Virus record (IMG/VR): IMGVR_UViG_3300028887_000117
Span: 2,497-66,496 of that record
Reading direction: 5' to 3' (one strand)
DNA: 64,000 bases
Origin: a virus
Lineage: Duplodnaviria > Caudoviricetes
Below are positions 43,176-54,983 of this stretch, piece by piece. Below the pieces are notes generated by a model. It saw nothing but the letters and a program-made list of their open reading frames with translations. It was not told the origin of the DNA and did no database searches. A program made the position numbers and the translations under genes. Position 1 is the stretch's first letter. Every line of letters starts with the position of its first letter.

Positions 43176-43282
43176 TGGTGGAGAAGATGGGAGTCGCACC
43201 CACTTCGACCGTATTTTTCAACGGCAACCCACGCCCCGACTTACGCCGACGTGCGCCGAGATTCTGACCTCTGCCCTTCCCC
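43176..43282 (-). ncRNA. 107-nt tRNA-like RNA with Ala acceptor identity and no canonical anticodon loop
   Basis: GGGGAAG/CTTCTCC-A-CCA with G3-U70, T-arm GTGGG-TGCGACT-CCCAT, own promoter. Confidence 0.7.
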
Positions 43283-43565
43283 TTATCTTGATTATATTAT
43301 AGCATATATTTTTTGATTTGTCAATAGGTTTTGAGATTTTTTTTATTAACTTTTTATGAATTTGTTTGTTGTGCCGCCCTTCAAAAATTTTGCGAAAGTG
43401 TGAACAACCCGACAGAACAAGGGCGGCACAAGATGAATAAACTATTAATATTGCGATAGTCCCGTCGTGATGTTAATCTCTTGTTCATAATTATAGTGTC
43501 GCATTGTTAATAATCTCGTAATAGTTAAAATTTTTAATTAATTAAAGAAAAAGAAAAGGTTGACA

Positions 43566-43757
43566 TTAGTCAACCTCATTCATTAAACTTAAATTTATTC
43601 CTAAGCATACCTTACTAAATTCATCTATAAAGGTGTCGGCTATCTCATAACGATTTTCTCCTCTATCTCCGCTATATTCTTGAAAATAAAAGAGTAAAGA
43701 ACCTGTCCAATTACTAACTTCGTTTTTAATATCATTTTTCTGCTGTTCTGTCAACAT
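43566..43757 (-). CDS. hypothetical protein
   Basis: cassette gene, stop codon inside terminator hairpin. Confidence 0.6.
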   Translation of the reverse strand: MLTEQQKNDIKNEVSNWTGSLLFYFQEYSGDRGENRYEIADTFIDEFSKVCLGINLSLMNEVD

Positions 43758-43894
43758 AATTTAATCAATTCCTTTCTCGTTTTAAAGAGTTTTTGTTCTC
43801 TTATCTTGATTATATTATAGCATATATTTTTCGATTTGTCAATAGGTTTTGAAAAATTTCTTTTTGAACTTTTTGTTAATTTGTTATTTAATTT

Positions 43895-44092
43895 AACAAG
43901 AGGTCTTGTGGTAACTACGGATTGTACGGTCTCCAATAATTACCACAAAACTTTATTTGCCGCACCTCTTGACCGCGAAAGCACTTTTACGGGTACTCAG
44001 TCCGCCATTCCAAGTAACGCTTAAATGGTAGTCACGATAAGCGTAAACAGTTCAACTCTCTGCCGTATCAGTCGTTCTTCTCTTTACCTTAC
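43895..44092 (-). ncRNA. about 200-nt ORF-less transcript with nested long helices
   Basis: promoter at 44099-44127; CAAGAGGT/ACCTCTTG and TTGTGGTAA/TTACCACAA helices. Confidence 0.55.
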
Positions 44093-44414
44093 ATATATAT
44101 TATAATATAAAATGGAGCAAAAGTCAATTACAGAATAATTACGAATAGTTACAAAATGGTTACAGTATTTGATTAAAAGATTTAACTAAATCGCTCCGCT
44201 ATGTTGGCATTTATACTTTTGTAACATTTAGGTTTTAGTTAAAAATTTTACAGGAATGTGAACAATGCGACTGTGGTATAAATGTGAAGATTGTGTTAAT
44301 AATGCGATGTGAACTGTCGTAGTATTCATACTTTCGTCATATATAAAACTATCGCAACGTTCATAATCTCGTAATAGTTAAAATTTTTAATTAATTAAAG
44401 AAAAAGAAAAGGGA

Positions 44415-44786
44415 TTAATTCCCTTTTCTCTTTTCCTTTTCTGCCCTGATTTTTGCAGAATTTTCACGCTTTGCCTTGTCTTTTGCAATTTTGGCTTCTT
44501 TTGCTTTTCTGGCATTTTCTGCCTTTACTGCATTTTTTTCGCACTCAATGCGATAACTTTTCGCTTCTGCGTATCCGTCATAGCCATCGCTTCCACGAGT
44601 GCCCGAGGGGATTGCAATTTTTACCGTGATGAAACTATCATCACCATTTTCAAGCACCGTAGGAAAAGCAATTTCGCCGCTTGCTGTTCTTACCACATCT
44701 TCATCAAGGCTTTTGAGAAAATCAGAAATCTTTTCAAGATATTCGTTCTTTTTCTCATTCTTCATTACAGTAACTGATTTTGCCAT
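44415..44786 (-). CDS. hypothetical protein, paralog of 32683..33096
   Basis: AGGAG RBS; Lys/Ala-rich C-terminus. Confidence 0.65.
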   Translation of the reverse strand: MAKSVTVMKNEKKNEYLEKISDFLKSLDEDVVRTASGEIAFPTVLENGDDSFITVKIAIPSGTRGSDGYDGYAEAKSYRIECEKNAVKAENARKAKEAKIAKDKAKRENSAKIRAEKEKRKGN

Positions 44787-45002
44787 TAGCTTCAACTCCT
44801 TTTCTTTTACTATACACATTATAACACATATCTATTGATTTGTCAATAGGTTTTTGAAAATTTCTTTATTAACTTTTTGTGAATTAATTAAAAGATTTAA
44901 TTATTGTGAAACTATGAACATCACGACACTTGTGCGGCGGTTAAAATTTTTAACTAATTAAGAAAAAGAAAATGACGAACGCTTGTTCGCCATTTCCAAT
45001 AA

Positions 45003-45455
45003 TTAGGAGGAATAATTAGTTAATGTCTTTAAATCATTTATTATATTATCCACATCAAATGCTATTCCCTTCCAATTTATTCTGTTGTTGACTTCATCGT
45101 CAAACAGAAAACCTTTTGCCAAAGTGTGTTTTGGTGTGCCATATTTAACAATAAAAATATTGTCAAATTCTACGCTTTTAAGGTGCTTTTTAAGCCATTC
45201 GATTTTGGCATTTTTTACCTTTTCATCGTATTCGGGAGTGGAGTTTTTCGCAAGCCACGAGATTACATTTATTGTAAATCCCTGCTTTTTCTTGTGGTTT
45301 AACATTCTTGCTAAAACTTGCATTTTAACAAGTGGTTTTGCTACGGCATAAGGGCGAGGATTGCAATTGATTAAATCATCAAGCCAATTATCCACGCCGT
45401 AAAGGTCTGCGATTGTGCCATCCATATCAAAATTAATTGTTTTTTCTATTGCCAT
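45003..45455 (-). CDS. HAD-superfamily phosphatase (5'-nucleotidase-like)
   Basis: FDMDGTIADL motif I, K..WL...L, LFDD motif IV. Confidence 0.8.
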   Translation of the reverse strand: MAIEKTINFDMDGTIADLYGVDNWLDDLINCNPRPYAVAKPLVKMQVLARMLNHKKKQGFTINVISWLAKNSTPEYDEKVKNAKIEWLKKHLKSVEFDNIFIVKYGTPKHTLAKGFLFDDEVNNRINWKGIAFDVDNIINDLKTLTNYSS

Positions 45456-45723
45456 TTTAACAACGTCCTTTCGTTTTATCTTGTCTATATTATATCATAC
45501 ATTTTCCGATTTGTCAATAGATTTTAAAAATTTTTTTTATTAACTTTCTGTAAATTGATTAAAAGATTTAATTATTGCGAAAGTGTGAACGTTGCGACAG
45601 AAGAATTTTGTAATCACTTTGTAACTATTTGTAATCAAAATGTAATTGACTTTTTTATTAATATGTGTTATATTATACATAGTAAAGAACAACACTAAGT
45701 CAAAAAATAGGAGTGATTTTTAA

Positions 45724-46116
45724 ATGAATAATTTAAGAGATTTTTCAGATAACTATAATTATATAATTATCGCTAAAAAGGGCAAGAAAATTTATTATTG
45801 GTGCTATGATTACACAACTGAATATAAAGCACAAGGCGCATTAATGGCACGAAAAGCAATAAGAGAGAGAAAAGAGGAATTTGATGATATAAAGGTTATC
45901 AAAGTAACATATCATATTTTTGGGCGTTCGGGAAAATGGAGAGATAGAAAACAAGTTCTTAAATGGCTTTATAATGATTTTCTCAATTGGAAAAAGTATT
46001 ATGATGATGAAGATAGAAGATGTAATAAAATAACAATAGACCGTTTTTGGCAAGAATTGGCATACGAAAAGTATTTATCTGTTAAGAATAATACTATATT
46101 GAATGAGGTTGATTAA
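45724..46116 (+). CDS. hypothetical protein
   Basis: cassette gene. Confidence 0.6.
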   Translation: MNNLRDFSDNYNYIIIAKKGKKIYYWCYDYTTEYKAQGALMARKAIRERKEEFDDIKVIKVTYHIFGRSGKWRDRKQVLKWLYNDFLNWKKYYDDEDRRCNKITIDRFWQELAYEKYLSVKNNTILNEVD

Positions 46117-46335
46117 TGTCAACCTTTTTCTTTTGATTAATTAATTAAAAGATTTAATTATTGCGAAAGTATGAACAACTCGACATTGTAATTGTTAACG
46201 GGGTATTAACTTTGCGACGGCGGCATCGGGATATTCATATTTCGTACATAACTTTATTTTGAGATTGCTGTCGCATTGTTCATAATCTCGAAATAATTAA
46301 ATCTTTTAACTAATTAACAAAAAGAAAAGAAGTGG

Positions 46336-46998
46336 TTATTCCACTTCTTTCCAGTAAGTCAACTGCATTTTTTTATGCTGTCTTTTCAAGTAGGAAAATA
46401 TTTCCTTTTCTATCATTACATCTTCTAATCCTGTATGACTTTCAACAAAGTCGTTATCTCCTGTAATAAACCTGTAAATAATTTCCGCTGTTAGTCTTAT
46501 TTGCTTATTCCGTGTCAAGTATCCATTTTCTTCACAATACCTTTTGTATGTAGGTTTGTTTTTGAAAATTGACTTTGACATTGCCAATGTGCACCAAAGT
46601 CTTGTGCCCATTGGGAAAAAATACCTTTGCTTTGAAGATGTTATAATTCTCAAAGTGGTATTTAGTGCATTGAGGTCAAACCGCATATTATGTGCCATTA
46701 CTGCATATACATTATACTTTTTCATAGTGTCAAGTACAATTTTTCTTGCTGTTGAAAATCTAACAAGTTCACGCTTTTTAGATTTCAAGTCAAGTTCGTA
46801 TTGTGGGAGTTTTTCGGCATAATACGCTGTTTTCATCAAATCTTTGCAAAGTATATAAATATCATAAATTACAAATGACCTCTTGTAATATACTTTGCCT
46901 GTTTTGTCAACAACGGAAAAACCTAAATCATAAACAAAAGGAAAATCCATATTGTTTGTAGTTTCCGTGTCAAGCACAATGTACAAACGCTTATTCAA
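46336..46998 (-). CDS. DEDDh 3'-5' exonuclease, paralog of 40061..40726
   Basis: same motifs; TTG start after AGGTG RBS. Confidence 0.85.
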   Translation of the reverse strand: MNKRLYIVLDTETTNNMDFPFVYDLGFSVVDKTGKVYYKRSFVIYDIYILCKDLMKTAYYAEKLPQYELDLKSKKRELVRFSTARKIVLDTMKKYNVYAVMAHNMRFDLNALNTTLRIITSSKQRYFFPMGTRLWCTLAMSKSIFKNKPTYKRYCEENGYLTRNKQIRLTAEIIYRFITGDNDFVESHTGLEDVMIEKEIFSYLKRQHKKMQLTYWKEVE

Positions 46999-47321
46999 TT
47001 TTAAACACCTGTCTTTCTTTAAGTTTCTGTATACATTATACATCATATAGATACAAAAGTCAATTACAAAATTATTACAAAAGGTTACAAAACGGTTACA
47101 GAACGCTTTAACGTTTTAAAGTGCTAAAATGTTACGAAAGTGTGAACGGTGCGGCGGCTCAGAATGTTAAGAGAATGTTAATAGTGCGACAGTGTCGTGT
47201 CGCTATGTTTATCTCTTGTTCATAATTAATCTGTCGTTATGTTCATAATCTCGAAATAATTAAAAAATTTAACTAATTAATGAAAAAGAAAAACGGCATT
47301 TCTGCCGTTTTCCATTTATTA

Positions 47322-47672
47322 CTACTCCGCAACTGTGAGAGTGTAAGTGGTAGTTTTTGCCTTTGCGCCCTCTCTCTTTGCCTTGCCTACGGTAACATCT
47401 GCCATTTTGCTGACAAGCGCGGCTACCTTTGGAGAGTTCTGACCTACCTCAGCACATACATCAGCGGCGAAATGCGGCTTGCCGTCTGCGAGTACCTCAC
47501 GAATTGCCTTGATGATAGGCTCATTCTCAGCGGTTTTCTTAGCCATTGCCCTGCTGTTGCGTGCATTATTCTTGTTGTCAAGCGCCGTGATTGCGGACTT
47601 TGCGTACTCAACAAGTGCGGTGTCAAGGGTTGTGTTCTCTGCGATTGTTGTGAAAAATTCTCTCTGGGTCAT
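47322..47672 (-). CDS. family A protein
   Basis: paralog alignment. Confidence 0.75.
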   Translation of the reverse strand: MTQREFFTTIAENTTLDTALVEYAKSAITALDNKNNARNSRAMAKKTAENEPIIKAIREVLADGKPHFAADVCAEVGQNSPKVAALVSKMADVTVGKAKREGAKAKTTTYTLTVAE

Positions 47673-48231
47673 ATTTTACCTACTCTTTCTCCGTTTTAAC
47701 GTCTACGGCTGACATTGATTTGTTATTGGGGACGTATGATTTTGAGGGGTTTTCTCTTTCCTTTGTTCTGTACTTATTATAGCACATTTTTTAAGGAAAG
47801 TCAATTGGCATTTTGCACAAATTTTGCGGTTTGTTTTTGTGCATTTTGCCGACTTATTGGGGAAAGTCATTTAGTGATTGAGTTTTCTGTATCTCTCTCT
47901 TTCACTATATACAGTATAACACATTTCTTTTGATTTGTCAATAGGTTTTGAAAATTTTTTTATTAACTTTTTGTGAATTGATTAAAAGATTTAATTGTTG
48001 CAAAAGTGTGAACAACCCGACAGATAGGAATGTTAAGAAAGTATTAAGGTTGCGACACGAACCTGTCGTAGTATTCATACTTTTGTTATATATATAAGAC
48101 TATCGCAGTGTTTATAGTTTCGTAATAATTAAAACTTTTAATTAATTAATAAAAGTTTAATTTTATTTCTATTGACATTTAATAATTTTTATGGTATAAT
48201 GATTATAGTAAAAGAAAAGGAGTTGAAAGTT

Positions 48232-49345
48232 AATGAAAATTTATATAGTCTTTTGTAATGGTGAAATTTATAATGCATTTGAAGATTATTCTAATGCGGT
48301 TAAGTTAATTGCAGAAATGACTGGTTATTCTATTAATTATGTTGAACGTCAATTAGTAGAAATTGGAAACATTGATGATTTCTATTATATCGAAACAACA
48401 AATCTTTATTAAAGGAGTTGACCTAAATGGAAACTGTATGGGTTGCAATTAAAGACGGCAAAGTCTATGGAGTAACAAGTGATAAGGAAACTATGTTAGA
48501 AATGATTAATGCTTATATTGGTGATAATACATCAATATTAGAAACAAACACTACAATTCTTACGGACGATATTCGTGCTGAGGAATGGGCAATAACTGAG
48601 TAAAGGAGACGTTAAAATGTTCTATGCTATGAATATGTCAACTGATGAAATCAAACTCTTTGAAGATAAGGGAGTTGAGTTTGAAAAGTTTGCAAGGCGG
48701 GCAGTCCTTGACTATTGTTCAGATTGCTTTGACGGTGGAAAGATAACAACTGGACTTATGGGAAAAACTGTAAGTATTGATGAAGATAGTTGTGAAATGG
48801 ACTTTTGGCAGTTTTGTGCAATTCTGTTCTGTAAATGTAAAACATCAAACAACTGGGAAGGAATTGTAGGAATTACAGAAATTGTAAATGAAGAGGAAGA
48901 TGAATAAGAGGAACATTTGTTCCTCTTATTTTTTCGTGCCGCCCTCTGTCGTGATGTTCATAATCTCGTAATAGTTAAAAATTTTAATTAATTAAATAAA
49001 AAAAGAGTTGACTTTTGTCAACTCTTACGGTTCATCATTCCAACCAAAAATACCAATATCAAAACTGGTAATAGTTTCATAATCTCTTATCTCACACTCA
49101 CATTCGCCGTCAGTATCTTCAAATCTCTGCAAGCAGGCATTGTAACAATCTGTAAGATTATCACTCTCACAAATCAACTCATACATATCATACATATCAT
49201 ACGCTGCAAATCTTTTCCTTTTCATTATAAAATCTCCTTTCAAAACATCAGTGCAAATAGTACACAAACTGCATATAGTCCTATTGTAACAAGAACTCCC
49301 GCAAAAATTCCGCCGATTTTTGTCATTACTTTATCGAACATTATA
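48232..49345. other. small hypothetical cassette genes (~48232, ~48427, 48617..48907 on +; ~49025..49225 and ~49222..49345 on -)
   Basis: AGGAG RBS, promoters and terminators. Confidence 0.55.
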
Positions 49346-49707
49346 GTCAACTCCTTTTGTTTTTCTATATATAGTATAGCATAAATTTTATTAAAAGTCA
49401 ATAGTTATTTTTTAAAGTTTTTATAAATTTGTTTTATTTTTTAATTATTAAGATTATGTTAATGCGGCGATGGTTGATTTGTTAAGATAATATTAACATT
49501 GCGATTGTCTATCGCATTGTTCACATTGAGAAAACATTTTGTGCCGCAGTCGTGCTGTTCACAATCTGGCAATAGTTAAAAAATAAAACAAATTCATAAA
49601 AATTTAATAAAAAAAATTCAAAAACCTATTGACAAATCTAAAAAAATATGTTATTATATAAGTACAGTAAAGAACAACAAATAAAACTAAAAAGGAGTTT
49701 TGATGTT

Positions 49708-50832
49708 ATGAAATTTGATTACAAGTTTAAGAAGAATGATATGGTAGTAAATACTGAGACAGCAAGAGTTGGCACAATTATCAAGAGAATAGGTTCATAT
49801 GATAAACCGTGTTATCTCGTAGAGTATGATATATCAACGCCGCCTTTTCTTGAAAAAGAAGAAAATCTTCATTTAGTTGTTTGTGGAACGACGTCTGAAA
49901 ATTCAACTGCAAATCAGGTTGAAAAAAATAACCTCGAAGAAAGAAAAGAAACTTTAAGAAATCATTTTGACCACATAGAAAGACACTGCCGCACAATTTT
50001 TAAATATGGTAGGAATATTTCTGAGCAGGCATTTTCAGGAAAGATAACTCCGTGTTTTGCAAGGGAAAAGGAAATTGAACAGATTAAGTGTGCTATGTAC
50101 AGAAGAACAAAGTCAAATGCTTTACTGTTGGGAAAAGCTGGAGTCGGAAAAACCGCTATTGTAGAGGGATTGGCTATTGATTACAATAGAGAATATCTCA
50201 ACGGCGAAATAGAAGAATATAATATGATACTTGAACTTAGTCTTAACGCACTTGTTAGCGGTTGCCGTTGTAGAGGAGACTTTGAGGAAAGACTCGAAAA
50301 TGTTTTGAAAGAACTTGGAAATACTCTACCATATAATGTAATAATCTTTATTGATGAAATACACAGTCTGAATGAGGTCGGCAATAGTGAGGGTGCTACA
50401 TCGGCAGGACAGATTTTAAAGCCTGCACTTGCAAGGGGAGATATAAAGGTTATCGGTGCAACGACAACAGATGAATATAAACAGTATCTAAAACCCGACG
50501 CCGCACTTGCAAGAAGATTTAACAATATTTATATTGAAGAATTTAAGGGTGAAAAAGCAAAGTCAATAGTATCAAGTATCTTTGAAGATTATGGTAAACA
50601 CTTTGGAATAGATATTAGCGAAGTTGATATAACTAATATCTATGATAAGAGTATCAATAAAATTAGCGGCACTTTCCCCGATAATTTTATTAACATAATT
50701 GATGAAACACTTGCTATTGCAAAATGCCACAAGGAAAAAGCTATAAAAATGAGTAACTTTGACAAGGTACTTGAAAGATACTATAAAATGGATAATAAGA
50801 AAAATTCTTCATTGGGATTTTCTACCACTTAA
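49708..50832 (+). CDS. ClpA/B/C-like AAA+ ATPase, first nucleotide-binding domain only, with N-terminal SH3-like domain
   Basis: RRTKSNALLLGKAGVGKTAIVEGLA, RGDFEERL, IFIDEIH, LKPALARG, IGATTTDEY, ALARRF; no NBD2. Confidence 0.85.
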   Translation: MKFDYKFKKNDMVVNTETARVGTIIKRIGSYDKPCYLVEYDISTPPFLEKEENLHLVVCGTTSENSTANQVEKNNLEERKETLRNHFDHIERHCRTIFKYGRNISEQAFSGKITPCFAREKEIEQIKCAMYRRTKSNALLLGKAGVGKTAIVEGLAIDYNREYLNGEIEEYNMILELSLNALVSGCRCRGDFEERLENVLKELGNTLPYNVIIFIDEIHSLNEVGNSEGATSAGQILKPALARGDIKVIGATTTDEYKQYLKPDAALARRFNNIYIEEFKGEKAKSIVSSIFEDYGKHFGIDISEVDITNIYDKSINKISGTFPDNFINIIDETLAIAKCHKEKAIKMSNFDKVLERYYKMDNKKNSSLGFSTT

Positions 50833-52804
50833 ATAAAAGGGAACGAATGTTCCCTTTTTATTTTCTATATTAGTTAAAATTTTTAACCAATTCCATAGTG
50901 TCGCAGTGTTCATAATCTGTTCATAACTAAGGGCGGCGCAACGTTCATAAATTGTTCATTTATTGTTTACAAAAAATTCATTGACAAATCACTTGAAATA
51001 TGTTATATTATATATAGTAAAGAACAACACTGAGTCAAAAAATTAGGAGTGATTTAAAATGACAATTTATGCAGTTGAGAAAACTTATTACGCTTGCGGT
51101 TTGCACAAAGAGATTAAGGGATATTTTTCAAAAAAGACAAAAGCAATTAAGGAATTGCTAAAAATTACTAATTATCAAAACGGTTTTCATATTTCTTATG
51201 AGGAAAAACGCTGGAATAAGGAAAATCAGAGAATGGAAACTATACTTTGTACTCCATATTACAATCCCGATAAAAAGGATATGAGTGATTGGAGACATAG
51301 CGGAATAACAAAACTTGAAATGTATAGACGTTTGTTAAAAGGAAAAAATGCGGGCTGTTATAATTATGAAACAGGCGGATATAGAATATTGGAAATAGAG
51401 GTTGATTAAAATCAACCTTTTTCTTTTGATATTTAGTTAAAAGTTTTAACTAATTCCTATGTCGCTATGTTCATAAATCCGTAATAGTTAAATCTTTTAA
51501 TTTATTAATTAAAGGTTTACTTGACAAATTGAAATTTATATGTTATACTATAATCAAGATAAGAGAACGAAAACTCTTTAAAACGAGAAAGGATTTGATA
51601 TTATGAAATTTGTTATTAGAAAAATAATTGAGAGAGAATGGGGATATGATAATTATAAACGTTCGCATTATGAAGATAAAATTTATCTTAATCCTTATAC
51701 TTATAAAGATGCTTTAAGAAAAATTAGTATGATATATGATGATATGGGGCGTATGTATAATACATTTAGTTCAACAATATATAAGTGGAATATAATTACA
51801 ATGCTTGTTCCAGTATCAGACAATTTTAAGAGTCAAACTAACTGGATAAATACAAAAAGTTTTTTAAAATATAAAGGTTGAATAAAATCAACCTTTTCTT
51901 TTTTCGTGAATTAGTTAAAAATTTTAATTAAATCGCCACGATGTCGCTATGTTCATAATTTAGACATAGTTAAAACTTTTAATTTATTAATAAAAAGTTT
52001 ACTTGACAAATTGAAATTTATATGTTATACTATAATCAAAGAAAAGAAAAGGAGTTGAATTAAATGAATTTTATATGGATAGTACATTTTTTCGATTTTT
52101 CAGAATTTAAACTGGAAATGCACATCTTCTCTCACCCGCAGTATGCATATAACTTTTGCCGTGAGTATCTGAAAAAGTATGAAAAGGAAGATTTTTACAG
52201 TGATTACTGTGCTATGTTGTGTCATTCTTATTCCGACAGTCGTGCAGATTTTGGAATTGAAAATGTAATTAGTGCAAAAAGATATGCAATTGAAAAGTAA
52301 AGTTTGTACAATTTGATGATTGACAAAAGCAAGATTATATGCTATAATATAATCAAGATAAAAGAACGGAACTTTTAAAATAAGGAGGATAATAATTATG
52401 GAAATGAAAACAACACAGAAAATTTTTAACAATTTTCTTGACAATCTTGCAGAGTTGGCTTGTGCTTTCTATGTAGCAAGTTGTGAGGAAACAGGCGCTG
52501 AAATTCTTGAACCTGATAACGAAGAACTTGCAGAAATGATTAGAGAGGTTGGCTGCAAGATTTGTGATTTTTGGCAGATTAAGGAAGTTAAAGAGGGCGA
52601 ATAACCCTCTTTAATTTTTCTTTAATTAATTAAAAATTTTAATTATTAAAGGGTTGTTAACTTTGCGACATTACAGGGGTTGAATATTTTATTAACAATG
52701 CGACTTGATGTCGGGTTGTTAACTTTCAGTTCATTTTTAAAAGGGGTCGTAATATTCATAAAAAATTAAAAAGGCGGTTCTAAATTTTAACCGCCTTTTT
52801 ATAT

Positions 52805-52845
52805 CGGGTTTCAACCTACGACATTACTACGTCCTCGATTACCCT
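52805..52845 (-). ncRNA. small hairpin RNA with GAG/GUA internal loop (copy 1 of 3)
   Basis: own promoter and terminator, no ORF; covarying copies at 54946-54983 and 56588-56633. Confidence 0.6.
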
Positions 52846-54945
52846 CTTTCTTTATATACATTATACCATATTCCTTTTGATTTGTCAAGATAAAATTTTA
52901 CTAATTTTTAAGTAGAAACTTTGTGCATTTTGTCTATTGATTTTATTATTAAAATGTGGTATATTATAAGTACAGAAGAAAACAACACAAAACTTTGAAA
53001 GGCGGTTTTATTTATGACAAATTTTGGAGAATGGGTAAGAAGAATGGTTAATCAGTATGAGGAAGATGATAGTATTTTAATTAGACTTTTTGGCAGTAAA
53101 ACCTATGTTGCATATAATTTTAAAACACAGAAAACATCTATTGCAAGATGTCACCCAAAAGATGTTTTTGTTGAAGAAATAGGTCGAGCAATTGCCTATG
53201 CACGTTGCAAGGGATATGAGATACCAAAAGTTGAGGTTTACAAGAAACTTTCCGAGATGAAGAACGGCGAAAAATTTATAACTTCTTCTGGAGATACTTA
53301 TAGATATATTGCAAGAGATGACTATAAAGGGGTTTTCGTTGTTTATAACGAGAGTAGGAAATATGGCGGAATGGCTTTTGACCTTAAATATAAAATGGTT
53401 GAGTAAAATCAACCATTTTCTTTTTAATAGAATATGAACAACGCGACAGATGAACGGCGGCACTTTGTAATCAAATCGTAATTATTTGTAACCGTTTTGT
53501 AATTGACTTTTCTATTGTTTTATGGTATATTATATATAGTAAAGAACAACATTGAGACTTTTGAAAGGTGGTTTTACTATGAATGAAATTTTTATGCTGT
53601 TGGTTTGTGTTGATGATGAGGACGCTATCTATAATCGCTATTTTTTCACAACATTTGAAAAGGCTTTTGAATTTGCAAAAACTTTTGCAAACGATTTTAT
53701 TAAAAAATGCAAGTGGGAAAATATTGAAGATGAATTGATTGAGGATTTGAGAAAATGTGGTAATCTTGCAGATTTTATCTACATTGAAAAAGTAATCCTT
53801 GACGATGGAAACAATTACTAAAAGAAAAGAGGAACGAATGTTCCTCTTTTAACTAACCTTCCTGTCGCATTGTTCATAATTAGTTAAAAGGGGAATTACT
53901 CCCCTTTTTTATAATACCTTTTAATTCTCTCGAAAACCTCTTTGACATCTAAGTAGCCTTCTACTGTGTCATCATCGTTTTCGCAGATAGCTCCAGCTAC
54001 TTCAACCAGCCCGCTATCGCGACCGTAGCTGAAATCGTGACAAATCACGTCAAGCTCCCACGTTTCAAGCTCGGGACATACAAGTTGTAGCCCGTTGAAT
54101 AGTGGACGCAGAATAAAAGGGATACCCTCGGCAGAGCACAAGTTGGCAAGGCGCAGTATTGGCTCACAATATTTGGGATTGGAAGTTTTTGGAAGCTGTA
54201 ATCCATTGTCAAAATTTGTCATATTATGACCACCTTTCAATATTTTCTAATAACATTATACCACAATAAATGTTAAAAATCAAGAGTTGAAAAATTAATT
54301 TTTTGTGAATTGATTTGTGAATGAGATATGAACGTTGCGACCGTGCAATTGTTAACATAGTGTTAAGACTGCGACGTCGCTATCGCATTGTTAACATTTA
54401 GTTCACAATTGCGCCGCCCCTCAACTGTCGCAACATTCATAGTATGTTAATAATTAAAAATTTTAACTAAGAAATAAAAGGGAGAGTAATCTCCCTTAAA
54501 TTTCCATTTCTCTTGAATAGCAACAAAGTTCACAGTATCCTTTAAATTCACCTCTAAAGAACCTAACTTTACCTTTATTGTACATTTTTGTCATTTCTTG
54601 AATGGCTTCATCAATTTTGCTTCTGGGAAAACTATGATGTACACCATACCAATCAAGTTCCTCTTCCATAAAGTCAAATGCTTCCTGATGGTTATCGAAA
54701 AGTTCGGGTTCGCCCTCTGAATAGGTTACGATAAAAAATGTTTTTGTCATTGTAAACAACTCCTTTGTTTTATTTTCTATATATAGTATAGCATATATTT
54801 TATTAAATGTCAATAGTTATTTTGTTAAAGTTTTATTAATTAGTTAAAATATTTTATTTTATGCTATTTAAATCTATCGCGTTGTTCATAATGTGTTAAT
54901 AAAAAGAGAGTTAACAAAAGTTAACTCTCATTGGGTTTTGCTTTT

Positions 54946-54983
54946 GGCTTTACGCCTACGACGCTACTGCGTCCTCGGCTACC
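54946..54983 (-). ncRNA. small hairpin RNA with GAG/GUA internal loop (copy 2)
   Basis: GCC-GAG-GACGC-AGTA-GCGTC-GTA-GGC; own promoter and terminator. Confidence 0.6.

Noticed and set aside
43176-43282. Full tmRNA gene
   Set aside because: Only 107 nt between acceptor strands; no tag reading frame or pseudoknots
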